Source of the DNA: Balneolales bacterium
GTDB lineage: Bacteria; Bacteroidota; Rhodothermia; Balneolales; HLUCCA01
Assembly (NCBI GenBank): GCA_041749075.1
Contig: JBGTBY010000031.1
Location: forward strand, 20,342-84,341
Length of the DNA: 64,000 bases
Direction of reading: 5' to 3'
The number at the start of each line of letters is the position of its first letter. Position 1 is the stretch's first letter. Made by a program: the position numbers and the translations under genes. This document shows positions 48,972 through 58,663 of the stretch, piece after piece. The notes under the pieces were generated by a model that was not told the DNA's origin, made no database searches, and saw only the letters and a list, made by a program, of their open reading frames with translations.

Positions 48972-48995
48972 GGTGAAGATCTTAAATCTTCCACC
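48972..48995 (+). terminator. Hairpin downstream of cca
   Basis: GGTGAAGAT-CTTAA-ATCTTCCACC (9 bp, one bulge) followed by TTCTCT; begins 12 nt after the stop. Confidence 0.35.
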
Positions 48996-49192
48996 TTCTC
49001 TGTCCGCAAGTATCACTTAATAACGACGTTATGTGCCGTTTTTAAGCAATTAGTTGTGCCTGATTACGTAATGATTTCGAATCGTATGTATATTGATAAC
49101 AATCAATTACGACGATTTGACAGGGCAATAAGTAACACTGTCCGCAAGTCAACATATATCCATAGCAAATCCTAGCTTTCTTTGCCGACTTC

Positions 49193-49360
49193 TCACCGGC
49201 CGTAGCCTTCTGTGATATTGGAGGAAATGGATAGAGCCGATCGCTTCATCTGTCTTTGGTAATCAAAGTCTTTGATGGTTTTGATAACTTGGTATGCTTG
49301 GTTGTTCACTTGTTTTGCGCGATTCCAAACGGTCAAATCCTCGAGTTTTCGTATAGGCAT
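49193..49360 (-). pseudogene. Truncated four-helix-bundle protein gene (23S rRNA IVS protein / Avd-like family), N-terminal half only
   Basis: Own translation: MPIRKLEDLTVWNRAKQVNNQAYQVIKTIKDFDYQRQMKRSALSISSNITEGYGR*. This matches the family pattern (DL.VW..A......Y......Q..R...SI..NI.EG.GR) but stops at 55 aa, where family members, as I recall, run to roughly 115-125 aa. Below the ORF-track cutoff. Confidence 0.5.
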
Positions 49361-49491
49361 GGGGGTCTGATTTAGGTTAATAAATGCTCAAAACGAACGT
49401 CAAATAAGCATTGTTTTGAATCAGGCACAGATTCCGTAACGATTGTTCTTCCCTCTTCCAACTTCCTACTTCAACCTTCCACCTCTTCACG

Positions 49492-50352
49492 ATGCTCATC
49501 GCAAAATCCTACGCCAAACTCAACCTCGGTCTCCGTGTTTTGCGGCGCAGGGATGACGGTTATCATGATATCCAGACGGGTTTTGTGTTCATCAATTGGT
49601 ACGACAAGCTCGAAATCGCTCCTGCGGCGGAGACTCATTTTCGTTGCAATCGGCCGGATGTGCCCACCGACGACACGAATCTCATCCTCAAAGCGCTGAA
49701 GCTGCTGCGCACAGATTCCGGAAAGAAGCTGAACGTCCGCATTCAGCTCAGCAAATCCATTCCCATGGGCGCCGGACTCGGCGGTGGTAGCTCGAACGCC
49801 GCCCTGATGCTCCGCATGCTCAACCAGTTGGAGAACCTGGGCTACTCTGATGACGATCTCGCCGCTCTCGGGTCCCGGCTGGGCGCCGATGTGCCTGTCT
49901 TCATTCACGGCAATACCGCCATTGGGTCGGGCATCGGCGACGCCCTCATCCCGGCCGACATCCAACCCGACGCTTGGATTGTCACCGTCTTTCCCAATCA
50001 ACATAGTTCCACCGCCGACGCGTATCGCTTCTGCTCCCCATACGAAGACGAATCCCTCGACGTGGGAAGCACATTGCGAGAATTCCCCATCGATCAATGG
50101 CCCACATTTCTTGTGAACGACCTTGAACCACCGGTCATGGAAATCCTGCCTGTGATCGGCGACTTGAAAGATCAGTTTGTTGATTTAGGTGCGTCGTATG
50201 CGGCCATGAGCGGTTCCGGGTCGAGCGTATTCGGCATCTTCGAAATGGAACATCTCGCCTTCGAGGCCTTCGAATACCTCAAGCAAGAAGGCTACGTGGC
50301 CAATCTCACCTTGCCCAATTTCGTGCCGGACAAGCTCATCCATCAGAGATAG
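49492..50352 (+). CDS. ispE: 4-diphosphocytidyl-2-C-methyl-D-erythritol kinase
   Basis: AKLNLGLRVLRRRDDGYHDI and GHMP motif PMGAGLGGGSSNAA. Confidence 0.9.
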   Translation: MLIAKSYAKLNLGLRVLRRRDDGYHDIQTGFVFINWYDKLEIAPAAETHFRCNRPDVPTDDTNLILKALKLLRTDSGKKLNVRIQLSKSIPMGAGLGGGSSNAALMLRMLNQLENLGYSDDDLAALGSRLGADVPVFIHGNTAIGSGIGDALIPADIQPDAWIVTVFPNQHSSTADAYRFCSPYEDESLDVGSTLREFPIDQWPTFLVNDLEPPVMEILPVIGDLKDQFVDLGASYAAMSGSGSSVFGIFEMEHLAFEAFEYLKQEGYVANLTLPNFVPDKLIHQR

Positions 50353-50406
50353 ACGCCTTTTTTGTATTTTGCCCGCTTCGTTAGGGACTCATCTATATCA
50401 TTTTTC

Positions 50407-52860
50407 ATGGCTAAAACGCATACAATCGACGCGCGTCGCGCATTGGACACCAAATCCATTCAAGAGGGAATCCAAGAACATCTTCGCTTCACGTTGGCGA
50501 AAGACGAATATTCTGCAACCGATTGGGATGTGTATCGCAGCATCGTGCTCGCCGTGATGGACCGTCTGCATGAGCGCTGGATCAACACCCAGCAAACCTA
50601 TTATAAAGAAGACCGCAAGCGCGTCTATTACCTGTCGATGGAGTTTCTCATCGGCCGGTTGCTGGATAATGCCGTCATCAACCTTGGAATTCAAGATGAA
50701 GTGCGCGAAGCGGTCACGAAATTGGGCTATGATTATGACAAACTTCGCGACGAAGAATTGGATGCGGCGCTAGGGAATGGCGGATTGGGTCGCTTGGCGG
50801 CTTGTTTCCTCGATTCGATGGCCACGCTCGGAATCGCCGGTTATGGATATGGCATCCGATATGATTTCGGGATCTTCCATCAGCAGATTGAACAAGGATT
50901 TCAGGTAGAGCGTCCGGATACGTGGTTGCGGTTTGGAAATCCATGGGATGTCGTTCGCCCGAAAGTCTTCTATCCGGTGTACTTCTATGGCGAATCCGTG
51001 CCGTACACCGATGAAAAAGGTGTGCTGCGTTTCAAATGGCAGAACGGACAAAAAGTGATGGCGTTGGCGCACGACATGCCGATTCCGGGATATAAGAACG
51101 AGACGGTGAACAACTTGCGTCTGTGGAAGGCCACATCCCCGAAATCGTTGGATCTGCGCAGTTTCAATCAGGGAGAATATATCGACGCCATCCGCGACAT
51201 CCAGCTCACGGAAAACATTTCGCGCGTTCTGTATCCGAACGATAAAGTGTTTGTGGGACAAGAACTTCGCCTGAAGCAAGAGTATTTCTTGGTGTCGGCT
51301 ACGCTTCAGGACATCATTCGTCGATTCAAGAAAATCCACGGAAATAACTTCTCGGTGCTTCCTGATAAAGTCGCCATCCAGTGCAACGACACCCATCCGA
51401 ACTTGGCGGTTCCCGAACTGATGCGGATTCTGATGGATGAGGAAGGCTTGGATTGGGATGAATCCTGGGGCATTGTGACGAAAACGATCGCTTACACGAA
51501 CCATACGATTTTGCCGGAAGCGCTCGAAAAATGGCCTGTATCGCTGATGCGCAACATGTTGCCGCGTCACCTTCAGATTATTTATGAGATCAACAAACGA
51601 TTCCTGAACACGGTTCATGATACCTTTGGCGATGATGTGAATCGGATTCGTCGCATGAGCATCATCAGCGAAGGCGAACATCCATCCGTCCAGATGGCGA
51701 CACTCGGAATTGTTGGCTCGCATAAGGTGAATGGAGTGGCCGCGCTGCATTCGGACCTCATCAAGAAGACGATCTTCAAAGATTTTGTGGAGCTATGGCC
51801 CGAGAAATTCACGAACAAGACGAATGGCATTACTCCGCGGCGCTGGCTGCGTCAGTGCAACCGGGAATTGGCGGATTTGATCACATCCAAAATCGGTGAA
51901 AGCTGGGTGACCCACCTCGACGATCTGAAAAAGATCGATCATTTGTCCACAGACAAGGCGTTTGTGAAGGAATTCGCGGCGATCAAGCGTAGGAATAAGG
52001 AAAAACTTGCGGCGTACATCTTGGAGAAGATGGACGTGAAAGTGAGTCCGGATGCGATGTTCGACATCCAGATCAAGCGGATCCACGAGTATAAGCGCCA
52101 GTTGATGGCGGCAATGCATACGGCGGTGTTGTACAACCGCATCAAGGCGAATCCGTCGGCGAAGTTTCAGCCGAGAGTTGTGCTATTTGGTGGAAAAGCG
52201 GCGCCAGGATATTACATGGCGAAGATGCACATCAAGTTGATCAATAACATTGCGGAGCGAGTAAACAACGATCCGCAAGTGGGCGATAAGTTGAAATGTT
52301 TGTTCCTGCCGAATTACAGTGTGAGTCTGGCGGAAAAAATGATTCCCGCAGCGGATTTGTCCGAGCAGATTTCGACCGCGGGGATGGAAGCATCCGGAAC
52401 CGGAAACATGAAATTCGCGCTGAACGGAGCCATTACCATTGGAACGTTGGATGGAGCGAATGTCGAGATCTTGGAAGAAGTGGGTGAAGAAAACATCTAC
52501 ATCTTCGGACTGAAAGTGGATGAGATCGATCAAGTCCGCAAAAATGGATATGACAACTGGTCGTATTACACCAAGAATGCGGAATTGAAGCAGGTGATCG
52601 ACCAATTGCGTGATGGATTCTTCTCACCCGAAGAGCCGAACCTGTTCCATCCTATCGTGAATGCGCTCCTCGAAAGCGGCGATTATTATATGATTTTGGC
52701 CGATTTCGAAGCGTACTGCAACACTCAGAAAGAGATTGATGCGTTGTATGCGAAGCCCGCAGAGTGGTATAAGAAGGCGATTCACAATGTGGCCCGAGTC
52801 GGGAAATTCAGCTCAGATCGAACCATTCGCGATTACGCGGATGAGATTTGGGGGGTCTGA
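50407..52860 (+). CDS. glgP: Glycogen/maltodextrin phosphorylase (GT35)
   Basis: LGNGGLGRLAACFLDS, PLP site EASGTGNMKFALNGA. Start moved to MAKTHTID (50407). Confidence 0.93.
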   Translation: MAKTHTIDARRALDTKSIQEGIQEHLRFTLAKDEYSATDWDVYRSIVLAVMDRLHERWINTQQTYYKEDRKRVYYLSMEFLIGRLLDNAVINLGIQDEVREAVTKLGYDYDKLRDEELDAALGNGGLGRLAACFLDSMATLGIAGYGYGIRYDFGIFHQQIEQGFQVERPDTWLRFGNPWDVVRPKVFYPVYFYGESVPYTDEKGVLRFKWQNGQKVMALAHDMPIPGYKNETVNNLRLWKATSPKSLDLRSFNQGEYIDAIRDIQLTENISRVLYPNDKVFVGQELRLKQEYFLVSATLQDIIRRFKKIHGNNFSVLPDKVAIQCNDTHPNLAVPELMRILMDEEGLDWDESWGIVTKTIAYTNHTILPEALEKWPVSLMRNMLPRHLQIIYEINKRFLNTVHDTFGDDVNRIRRMSIISEGEHPSVQMATLGIVGSHKVNGVAALHSDLIKKTIFKDFVELWPEKFTNKTNGITPRRWLRQCNRELADLITSKIGESWVTHLDDLKKIDHLSTDKAFVKEFAAIKRRNKEKLAAYILEKMDVKVSPDAMFDIQIKRIHEYKRQLMAAMHTAVLYNRIKANPSAKFQPRVVLFGGKAAPGYYMAKMHIKLINNIAERVNNDPQVGDKLKCLFLPNYSVSLAEKMIPAADLSEQISTAGMEASGTGNMKFALNGAITIGTLDGANVEILEEVGEENIYIFGLKVDEIDQVRKNGYDNWSYYTKNAELKQVIDQLRDGFFSPEEPNLFHPIVNALLESGDYYMILADFEAYCNTQKEIDALYAKPAEWYKKAIHNVARVGKFSSDRTIRDYADEIWGV

Positions 52861-52861
52861 A

Positions 52862-52979
52862 GAAATGTTGAATGCTGAAATAAGAGAATTTTAAATGAAA
52901 AATTTTAAATGAAGAGGGGCCCATCTTCACTTAAAATTTAAAATTTGCCTGCCGGAAGGCAGGCTTTCATTTAAAATTG
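52862..52979. repeat. AT-rich double-hairpin intergenic element, copy A
   Basis: AAATGTTGAATGCTGAAATAAGAGAATTTTAAATGAAAAATTTTAAATGAAGAGGGGCCCATCTTCACTTAAAATTTAAAATT-GCCTGCCGGAAGGCAGGC-TTTCATTTAAAATT; between convergent glgP and 52982 gene ends. Confidence 0.8.
52947..52964. terminator. GC hairpin GCCTGCC-GGAA-GGCAGGC, probable bidirectional terminator
   Basis: 7-bp GC stem flanked by A/T runs on both strands; between convergent genes. Confidence 0.6.
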
Positions 52980-52981
52980 AT

Positions 52982-53635
52982 CTACATCCCCACCCCGAAC
53001 GCGATCGAGGTCATGGGTCCTTCTGAGAGCCCGATTCCTTGTCGAGTGATTGATATGTATCTACCCTGAGCGATATTGAATCGAGCCTTGATGTTCCTGA
53101 TTCTCATGTTCGGTTCCCTTTGGGTCACGAATCCGAATGCCATTCCTTGCGCGCGCTCGTTCACCTCAATGGTGAGCAAAGGAAATGCGAGTTGGCCGGT
53201 CAATCCGGAACCCACGATACCGCGATTCGGATTCACATAAATTCCGATAGGCTCCCATGTTAGGGAGGCATCGACCATCTCATGTGCCCTGTAGGAGACT
53301 CCCGCCGTGATGAATTCTTCAAGAGTGATGATGCCATGTCCACCATATCCGATGGCGTTTCCCCATACGCTATGATAGTATGGTTCTCCAACCAATCGAT
53401 CGTCATCATCCCCGATGAAATTCAGATCAAAGCGGATGACCGGTAATCCGTACTTCGCTCCTTCTACGGATGGGAAATAATCCAATTCCCAAATCGTGTG
53501 GATGGTGCGTGGGTTTAACCCATCGATGTGATCGATGAATTTGTCGACAATTTGCGCGGATGTGGTTGATGGCGAGAGAGATACAAGAATAAACGGTAAC
53601 AATAAAACGGCGTAATGACGACAACGACGACTCAT
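52982..53635 (-). CDS. Small secreted/outer-membrane-like protein, function unknown
   Basis: Signal peptide ...SPSTTSAQ. 217 aa with Gly/aromatic-rich alternating segments. Bracketed by repeat copies A and B. Confidence 0.65.
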   Translation of the reverse strand: MSRRCRHYAVLLLPFILVSLSPSTTSAQIVDKFIDHIDGLNPRTIHTIWELDYFPSVEGAKYGLPVIRFDLNFIGDDDDRLVGEPYYHSVWGNAIGYGGHGIITLEEFITAGVSYRAHEMVDASLTWEPIGIYVNPNRGIVGSGLTGQLAFPLLTIEVNERAQGMAFGFVTQREPNMRIRNIKARFNIAQGRYISITRQGIGLSEGPMTSIAFGVGM

Positions 53636-53724
53636 ATAAGATTCCCCTAAGGTGCTGAATTACAGGTGTTTGACAACTCGGGAGAATGTATGAGGAACGG
53701 GAATGCTAAGTCAAGTGGGTCAAT

Positions 53725-53845
53725 AGAAATGTTGAATGTTGTACTAAGAGAATTTTAAATGAAAAATTTTAAATGAAGAGGGGGCTCATCTTCACTTAAA
53801 ATTTAAAATTTGCCTGCCGAGAGGCAGGCCTTTCATTTATAATTA
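53725..53845. repeat. AT-rich double-hairpin intergenic element, copy B
   Basis: Near-identical to copy A (AAATGTTGAATGTTGTACTAAGAGAATTTTAAATGAAAAATTTTAAATGAAGAGGGGGCTCATCTTCACTTAAAATTTAAAATT-GCCTGCCGAGAGGCAGGC-CTTTCATTTATAATT). Confidence 0.8.
53812..53829. terminator. GC hairpin GCCTGCC-GAGA-GGCAGGC
   Basis: Lies 22 nt downstream (minus strand) of the stop of the 53851-58440 gene. Confidence 0.6.
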
Positions 53846-53850
53846 CAACA

Positions 53851-55245
53851 TTATTTTATCAGAACCATCTTCCTCGTCAGCACACCCTGTGCCGATTGGA
53901 GGCGATAGATGTACACGCCGCTGGATAGATTCGACGCATCGAATGTGACGCGATGCGCGCCGGCCGGCATCGGCCCATCGATCAATACCGCGACTTCGCG
54001 ACCCAGCATATCATACACAGTGAGGCGTAGGGACGCAAGATCTTGTGTCCCTACTTGAAATGCGATCACCGTGCTCGGATTAAACGGATTCGGATAATTC
54101 TGCGACAATCCGAATTCGACCGGAATCTGGGTGTCGATATCGGTCGTTTCGCCATATTCCACGATAAGCGTGAAACGAGGTCCATCGGTCGATTGAGTCT
54201 CAATGACCGGCGTGGTTTGCTTGTCAACGACCGATTTCTTCGCACGACGTTCCGGTGTGAATGCAACGATATCTCCTGATGTGTAAGATGTGCCCGACAC
54301 ATTGTCGCGCAAGGTCGCTTTCCAACCCATAGGCAGTAGATCGATATTGAACATCAGCTGATGTTCCTCGGAAAAGGTGCTGATCACATCCACAGGGATT
54401 TCCATCACGTCGAAGTCCAACGGAAGGTGATTAATGTCGAGCAGCTTCCCGTATTCCGAACTGAAGCTGGCCACCTGTACATACTCCGGTGAAAGGGGGA
54501 CGAGCTTGATCGCATCCATCCGGTCTTTTCCGTACAATCCGTTGGCCGTGAACTGGATCCAGCTTGAATTCGTGAGTCCGCCTTTGTTTTGGATGGTCAA
54601 CTCAATCGTAGCGATCGGGTTCGACTCTTCTTTTCCAAGGAACACGGAGTTTCCTTCCACACGGGCGGATGTGGGAACAGTCAGCGTTGGGTCCGCATCC
54701 ATGGTTTCGACGAAGAAGCCGTTGAACGGACCGATGTGGCCGTTCGCCAATCCACCAGTTGTTCCATTCCACGCGCGCCACTGCGAGGTGGAATTATCCC
54801 AGACATAGACCGAGCCGGATAGATTGGCTTTGCTGAGCTGATTCCAGTTTATGTTGGTGGTGAAGGGGTTTCCAATCAGGCTCCATCCGCCCACATTCGG
54901 ATTCAGTTTGGCGCTCAGGTTCACATCGGCGCTGAGCGTGAATCCATCGGCGCGGAGCGATTTCGGGAAGCCGACATCAGTCCCATTTCCAGGTCCGTCG
55001 TCGTCGCTGAATATGTAGGCGAGAACAGCGTTTCCTTGTGGGAAGACGGCCGATGCGTCTGTTAATGCTGTCCATTGGGTGGAGTCGCGGCTAGAGCCAC
55101 TCAAAGGCCAGGTATACACGTTCGGAGCGCCGTGCTCGACGGAGGCGCCGGTGAAGCCTTGGGTCCAGAGTCCGCGGAAGAAGGAGGCGTAGCTGGAGTC
55201 CGCGACAGGGGTGGATAACAGTCTCCAGCCTTGGGTGCCTGTGAG
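53851..55245 (-). repeat. Shared C-terminal module, copy 1 (paralogous to 59054-60448)
   Basis: 464 codons from LTGTQGWRLLST... to the stop align without gaps to the other giant protein. Some stretches are identical over >100 nt (e.g. about 54540-54650 vs 59745-59855). Confidence 0.9.
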
Positions 55246-58200
55246 TTGCGCCGATTCATCCCGGTAGTTTTGAATCCCATATTTGCTGAACAGATGGGTT
55301 TCGACGGTGTTTCGGTCGGCTTCGCTCAGCACTCCGTTATAGATGATGACCTCAGCGATGTCTCCGGCGAAGTGATATTGTGGGGAATAACCAAGTCCGA
55401 TGCCCAAATTCAGGTTTCCGGCATAAGAACTCTGTCCATTTACATTTTGGGTGGAACCGGTTCTGTTCACCGCTACGCGGAGTTGACTGGCATTTGCGCT
55501 GGCGTTGAATAGATGCGCTGTTGCGTCGGTGAAGGTGCCGTCGGTGCCCCGATCTTCCCAAACACCTCCTCTGGGATTATAGCGCAAACCGACCCCGATG
55601 TTCATTTTCAGCTCGAACTCCGACACCGCGCCACCCAACAAAAACATGGGATTGGTGTTGCTGGTAGCCGATTTGGCCACGATGAACACTTCGTAGTCGT
55701 TGTTTTGAATCCCTAAATCGGCGGTGGTGGGAAGCGTGAAATAGCTGTTGGTGCCGTTGAACCGCAGTGCCGGACGATGATTGATGACCGAATCGGCGCG
55801 TAACGGACGAAAGCTTAGAGCCGGATGGACAGCATTGTGACCGGATCCAGTCAAATTGCGCCAACTGCTCACCGAATCGTTGGAGGTCACAAAACCTCGA
55901 CTCGCATCCAGATGCAAGGCCAATAGGGTAGTGGGGATAGGGGACATGTAGGTAGTGAAATCGCTTATGAGACCTGGAATCCGTTGGTCGGTGTAATCAT
56001 CAGATGAATTCCCCTCGTTCGAATGGCCGATTCCCAACGCGCCGTAACACCCGAGGTTGGGATTGGTGCCGCACATACCGAAACTCAGTACCCTGCCCTC
56101 ATCCAGTAATGCCAAGCTGTGGTCTTGCTGAGTCACCGCCGAAACCACGCGGCGCCCATTTAAACTTGTGCCGAGGACCAACGTGGGGATGGTGTTATCG
56201 AAAACGGAGGAGGTCTCGAACCCTACCAAGCGTGCGAAACCCCAGCTGTAGATCTTGCCGGATGCGGTGCGCAGCATGGAAGTCCGGTAGCCGGCTTCCA
56301 CCTCCACGATGGTTTCGCCCGGGAGATTGGTGAGAAGAACGGGGGTCGGGACGTAAGTATCGGTCTTGTTATTCACCCCCACCCCCAGCTGTCCATCCCC
56401 ATTATCGCCGAAGGCATACAGCAGCCCGTCCTCAGTCAGCACCAGGTAGTGTGGTTGGGATCCGGTTGTGGAGGTGCTGGCGAAACCGATGGCCCCGGCG
56501 GTGACCTTTTTCCCTTCCACCTGGGCGTGGGTAGCCAAGGTAGGCACATTCAAATCATCCGAATGGCCAAAGCCCATTTCCCCGAGTCCCCCCTCACCCC
56601 ACAGGAAAACGGTTCCGTCCGAGGCGATGGCCATGCTGTTTTGTCCGGCCACCGCAATCTGAACGATGGTTTTTCCATCCAGATTGGTGGTTACCGGCGT
56701 CGGGACAAAACGATTCACAAAATCGCCCACACCCAATTGACCGGAATGATTGCTTCCCATGGCAAAAAGAGTTCCGTCGTCGGCCAATAAAAGGGCATGG
56801 GATCTGGTCTCCGACGTTGTAGATCGGTTCCAATTCACCGCGATATCCACGATGTTCTTCCCATCCAAGTTGGGATGGGTGATCAAGGTGGGCACATACA
56901 CATCCAAACTATCGCCGTTCCCAAGCGTTCCGTTTGCCCCGAAACCAAAACTGAATACCCGGCCTTCCGAAGTCAACAGGTAGGTATTGCGCCCGCCGGC
57001 TTTCACATCGGTGATGGTGTGCCCGGATAGATTGCTATGCGAGAGCAAGGTGGGGGAGGATGTGCTGAAACTCACTTCTCGGGTCTGATACCGGGTGCCG
57101 TTGATCAAGTCTATTTGACTGATGATGGGATCCATTATGAACACCGTTCCGTCGGAGGCAAGCAGCGCACCGTAATAATGATTTGTAGTCAACCTACTGA
57201 TCGTTTTGCCTTGCAAGTAGGTGGTAATGATGGGCAAAGGTCTGGGAGTATTGCCACTGTATCCGGTTCCAGCGTTATGGCCGGCGCCGTACAGGCTTCC
57301 ATCAGTTGCACGAAACAGCGACATTTGGCTACCGATCACCGCTTCCACGATCGGTTTGTTGTCGAAATAGGCGGAGGGTATTTTGGTCCAGGAGGTATCG
57401 CTGCGCATAAACGTTCCATTGCCCGATTGCCCGGCTGGATTGTCTCCAACCGCATACACCGAACCGTCGGTAGCCACGAGCAGGGCTCCTTCAAATTGTA
57501 CTGGAATGGAAGAGATGCTTGCGATGGCTTTCCCTTCCAAACTGGGATGGGTGACGGGGGTGGGATTCCAGAGATCCACCGATTGCGGACCTTGCCCCAA
57601 GCTGTACCTGTGATTTCCCCAACTGAACACGGTTCCATCGGTGGCGAGCACCATGCTTGCCCCGTTCATTGCAGCCACCTGCTGGATGGTTTTGTCTGAA
57701 AACTGGCTGCCCGGAATGAGGACGGGAGAAATGGTGGATAACGAGCCGCCATTTCCAAACTGACCGTTGGCATTAGAGCCCACCGCATACACCTTGTTGG
57801 AAGCGGTCAGCAGCAGGGTATGACTTCCGCTAGTGCTTATCTGCACCACCTTTTCCCCGGCCATATTGGATCGGTCCATCGGGGTCGGATCGAGGATGGG
57901 GTTCGTCGTGCTCCCGATGCCTACATACCCGTTGCTGTTCACACCCATCACGAATACGGTGCCTTTGTCCGACAGCAGCATGCTGTAATGCCCGCCGCCG
58001 GCGCCCAAACTACCTGTTGCCACCTGCACGATGGTGGCCGTGTCGAGGGCGGCGTGGGTGATGAGTACGGGGTTCGTATAGTGGTTGCCGTTGTTCAGGG
58101 TTCGATTCGCAGACCCGAATTCGTAGTTGTACCCGTTTCCCAGACCATACACCTCGCCTTGCGATGTCAGGAAGAGGGCATGCTGGTAGCTAAGGGAGAT

Positions 58201-58440
58201 ATCCGTGATTGTTTTTCCGGCGAAGGTGGGATGGTCGAGCGCGCGGGGGATGTCCATGCGTGTATCACCGCCTTGGCCGAGTACGCCGTTACCTCCGAAA
58301 CCGAATGTAAACACCTGGCCGTTTTCGTTGAGCACCACACTGTGATAAGCACCCACGGCAATTTTAGCTGGGTTGGATTGCGCCTGAAGCGACATCGCGC
58401 ACAAGCTGATGAATAGAGTTGCAGATAGTCGGTTTTTCAT
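53851..58440 (-). CDS. Giant T9SS cargo: tandem RCC1-repeat beta-propellers + LamG-like domain + shared 464-aa C-terminal module with type-A CTD
   Basis: Signal peptide MKNRLSATLFISLCAMSLQAQ (start 58440, not 58494). About 14-16 RCC1-type repeats (GAYHSVVLNENGQVFTFGFGGNGVLGQG..., roughly 55950-58360). LamG (ALRFNGTNSYF...GDIAEVIIYNGVLSEADRNTVETHLFSKYGI, roughly 55246-55940). C-terminus LSQNYPNPFNPSTVIAF...VYDMLGREV. Confidence 0.9.
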   Translation of the reverse strand: MKNRLSATLFISLCAMSLQAQSNPAKIAVGAYHSVVLNENGQVFTFGFGGNGVLGQGGDTRMDIPRALDHPTFAGKTITDISLSYQHALFLTSQGEVYGLGNGYNYEFGSANRTLNNGNHYTNPVLITHAALDTATIVQVATGSLGAGGGHYSMLLSDKGTVFVMGVNSNGYVGIGSTTNPILDPTPMDRSNMAGEKVVQISTSGSHTLLLTASNKVYAVGSNANGQFGNGGSLSTISPVLIPGSQFSDKTIQQVAAMNGASMVLATDGTVFSWGNHRYSLGQGPQSVDLWNPTPVTHPSLEGKAIASISSIPVQFEGALLVATDGSVYAVGDNPAGQSGNGTFMRSDTSWTKIPSAYFDNKPIVEAVIGSQMSLFRATDGSLYGAGHNAGTGYSGNTPRPLPIITTYLQGKTISRLTTNHYYGALLASDGTVFIMDPIISQIDLINGTRYQTREVSFSTSSPTLLSHSNLSGHTITDVKAGGRNTYLLTSEGRVFSFGFGANGTLGNGDSLDVYVPTLITHPNLDGKNIVDIAVNWNRSTTSETRSHALLLADDGTLFAMGSNHSGQLGVGDFVNRFVPTPVTTNLDGKTIVQIAVAGQNSMAIASDGTVFLWGEGGLGEMGFGHSDDLNVPTLATHAQVEGKKVTAGAIGFASTSTTGSQPHYLVLTEDGLLYAFGDNGDGQLGVGVNNKTDTYVPTPVLLTNLPGETIVEVEAGYRTSMLRTASGKIYSWGFARLVGFETSSVFDNTIPTLVLGTSLNGRRVVSAVTQQDHSLALLDEGRVLSFGMCGTNPNLGCYGALGIGHSNEGNSSDDYTDQRIPGLISDFTTYMSPIPTTLLALHLDASRGFVTSNDSVSSWRNLTGSGHNAVHPALSFRPLRADSVINHRPALRFNGTNSYFTLPTTADLGIQNNDYEVFIVAKSATSNTNPMFLLGGAVSEFELKMNIGVGLRYNPRGGVWEDRGTDGTFTDATAHLFNASANASQLRVAVNRTGSTQNVNGQSSYAGNLNLGIGLGYSPQYHFAGDIAEVIIYNGVLSEADRNTVETHLFSKYGIQNYRDESAQLTGTQGWRLLSTPVADSSYASFFRGLWTQGFTGASVEHGAPNVYTWPLSGSSRDSTQWTALTDASAVFPQGNAVLAYIFSDDDGPGNGTDVGFPKSLRADGFTLSADVNLSAKLNPNVGGWSLIGNPFTTNINWNQLSKANLSGSVYVWDNSTSQWRAWNGTTGGLANGHIGPFNGFFVETMDADPTLTVPTSARVEGNSVFLGKEESNPIATIELTIQNKGGLTNSSWIQFTANGLYGKDRMDAIKLVPLSPEYVQVASFSSEYGKLLDINHLPLDFDVMEIPVDVISTFSEEHQLMFNIDLLPMGWKATLRDNVSGTSYTSGDIVAFTPERRAKKSVVDKQTTPVIETQSTDGPRFTLIVEYGETTDIDTQIPVEFGLSQNYPNPFNPSTVIAFQVGTQDLASLRLTVYDMLGREVAVLIDGPMPAGAHRVTFDASNLSSGVYIYRLQSAQGVLTRKMVLIK
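54027..54054. repeat. 28-bp palindrome inside the CTD coding sequence (one mismatch)
   Basis: GTAGGGACGCAAGATCTTGTGTCCCTAC; encodes part of QVGTQDLASLRL. Confidence 0.9.
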
Positions 58441-58567
58441 AACATCTGGGACTAAGTTGACAACGGCTTCTGTTTTAATGTAGTAAAAAATCATACTAGA
58501 ATCGTGTCATTTTGCGTGCGCGGTTGTGTCAAGCTGGATTCAGCCTTAGATCTTCACAAGAGACAAG

Positions 58568-58663
58568 AAGAATTTTAAATGATAAATTTTAAATGAAGAG
58601 GGGGCATTACTACACTTAAAATTTAAAATTGGCCTGCCGAGAGGCAGGCTTTCATTTAAAATT
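58568..58663. repeat. AT-rich double-hairpin intergenic element, copy C (left part shorter, first hairpin degraded)
   Basis: GAATTTTAAATGATAAATTTTAAATGAAGAGGGGGCATTACTACACTTAAAATTTAAAATT-GGCCTGCCGAGAGGCAGGC-TTTCATTTAAAATT; overlaps the stop codon of the mini-gene. Confidence 0.75.
58632..58649. terminator. GC hairpin GCCTGCC-GAGA-GGCAGGC
   Basis: Immediately downstream (minus strand) of the 58662 stop. Confidence 0.55.

Noticed and set aside
49193-49360. Four-helix-bundle (Avd-like) ORF as a sign of a diversity-generating retroelement, with the LamG/lectin-like cargo as targets.
   Set aside because: The window has no reverse transcriptase and no TR/VR repeat pair that I could see. The ORF is truncated and 4-10 kb away from the cargo genes.
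52866-52940. Tiny ORFs inside the repeat elements (e.g. MLNAEIREF*, MKNFK*, MKRGPSSLKI*).
   Set aside because: The reading frames are not preserved between copies (GGGG vs GGGGG indel; unit triplication in copy D), so the conservation is at the nucleotide or structure level.
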